Shown here one piece after another: positions 63,791 through 64,000 of a stretch of 64,000 nucleotides of DNA. Positions within the stretch are counted from its first letter, which is position 1; each line of letters opens with the position of its first letter. A program made the position numbers and the translations under genes. Below the pieces are notes generated by a model, which was given only the letters and a program-made list of their open reading frames with translations, ran no database searches and was not told where the DNA came from. The stretch is from the human T2T-CHM13v2.0 reference genome, Homo sapiens: assembly GCF_009914755.1 (NCBI RefSeq), contig NC_060947.1. One strand, given 5' to 3'.

Positions 63791-63861
63791 CATATATCTC
63801 AATATAAATGGGACATATATCTCAATAAAAATGGGACATATATCTCAATATAAATGGGACA
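63791..63861. repeat. 23-bp tandem repeat, 3 copies
   Basis: catatatctcaata(t/a)aaatggga at 63791, 63814 and 63837; one mismatch in total. Confidence 0.95.
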
Positions 63862-63966
63862 AAAACCTATACATGACAGTACACATATTGGAAAAACCAC
63901 ATTTTAAAAAGATTCATAGTAACATGTTAACATTCTTGGCTATAGGGCTAAGGGATGGGAATTTGG

Positions 63967-64000
63967 ATAAAAATAAAATAAATAAATAAATAAATAAATA
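63967..64000. repeat. (TAAA)n simple repeat running off the window end
   Basis: Read directly. Confidence 0.9.

Overview
Primate (human-like; it carries AluY, THE1A, MER11 and L1PA elements) non-coding genomic DNA, AT-rich, intronic or intergenic. I recognise no host protein-coding exon, RNA gene or CpG island. The only recognisable proteins in the ORF track are broken L1 ORF2, a trace of L2 ORF2 and Alu read-through. The window contains 13 dimeric Alus and 3 Alu monomers, at least 6 L1 3' fragments, over 20 MIRs, several L2 pieces, solo or partial LTRs (MLT2, MER11, MER4A, THE1A, MLT1, one unnamed) and hAT/Tigger MITEs, often nested with readable target-site duplications (TSDs). I found no convincing new multi-gene system. 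The best leads are: (1) an LTR remnant at 12575-12908 with five CCAAT boxes at 23-24 bp spacing, then an octamer and a TATA box, all pointing leftward; (2) a 28-bp inverted copy of nearby DNA at the apparent deletion junction beside it; (3) a tail-less MIR fragment with a TSD inside an L1M; (4) a 75-bp local duplication; (5) two candidate minus-strand exons and CpG-retaining enhancer-like patches. Repeat names are from recalled consensus sequences, not a database search. Boundaries of old repeats are approximate unless fixed by a TSD.
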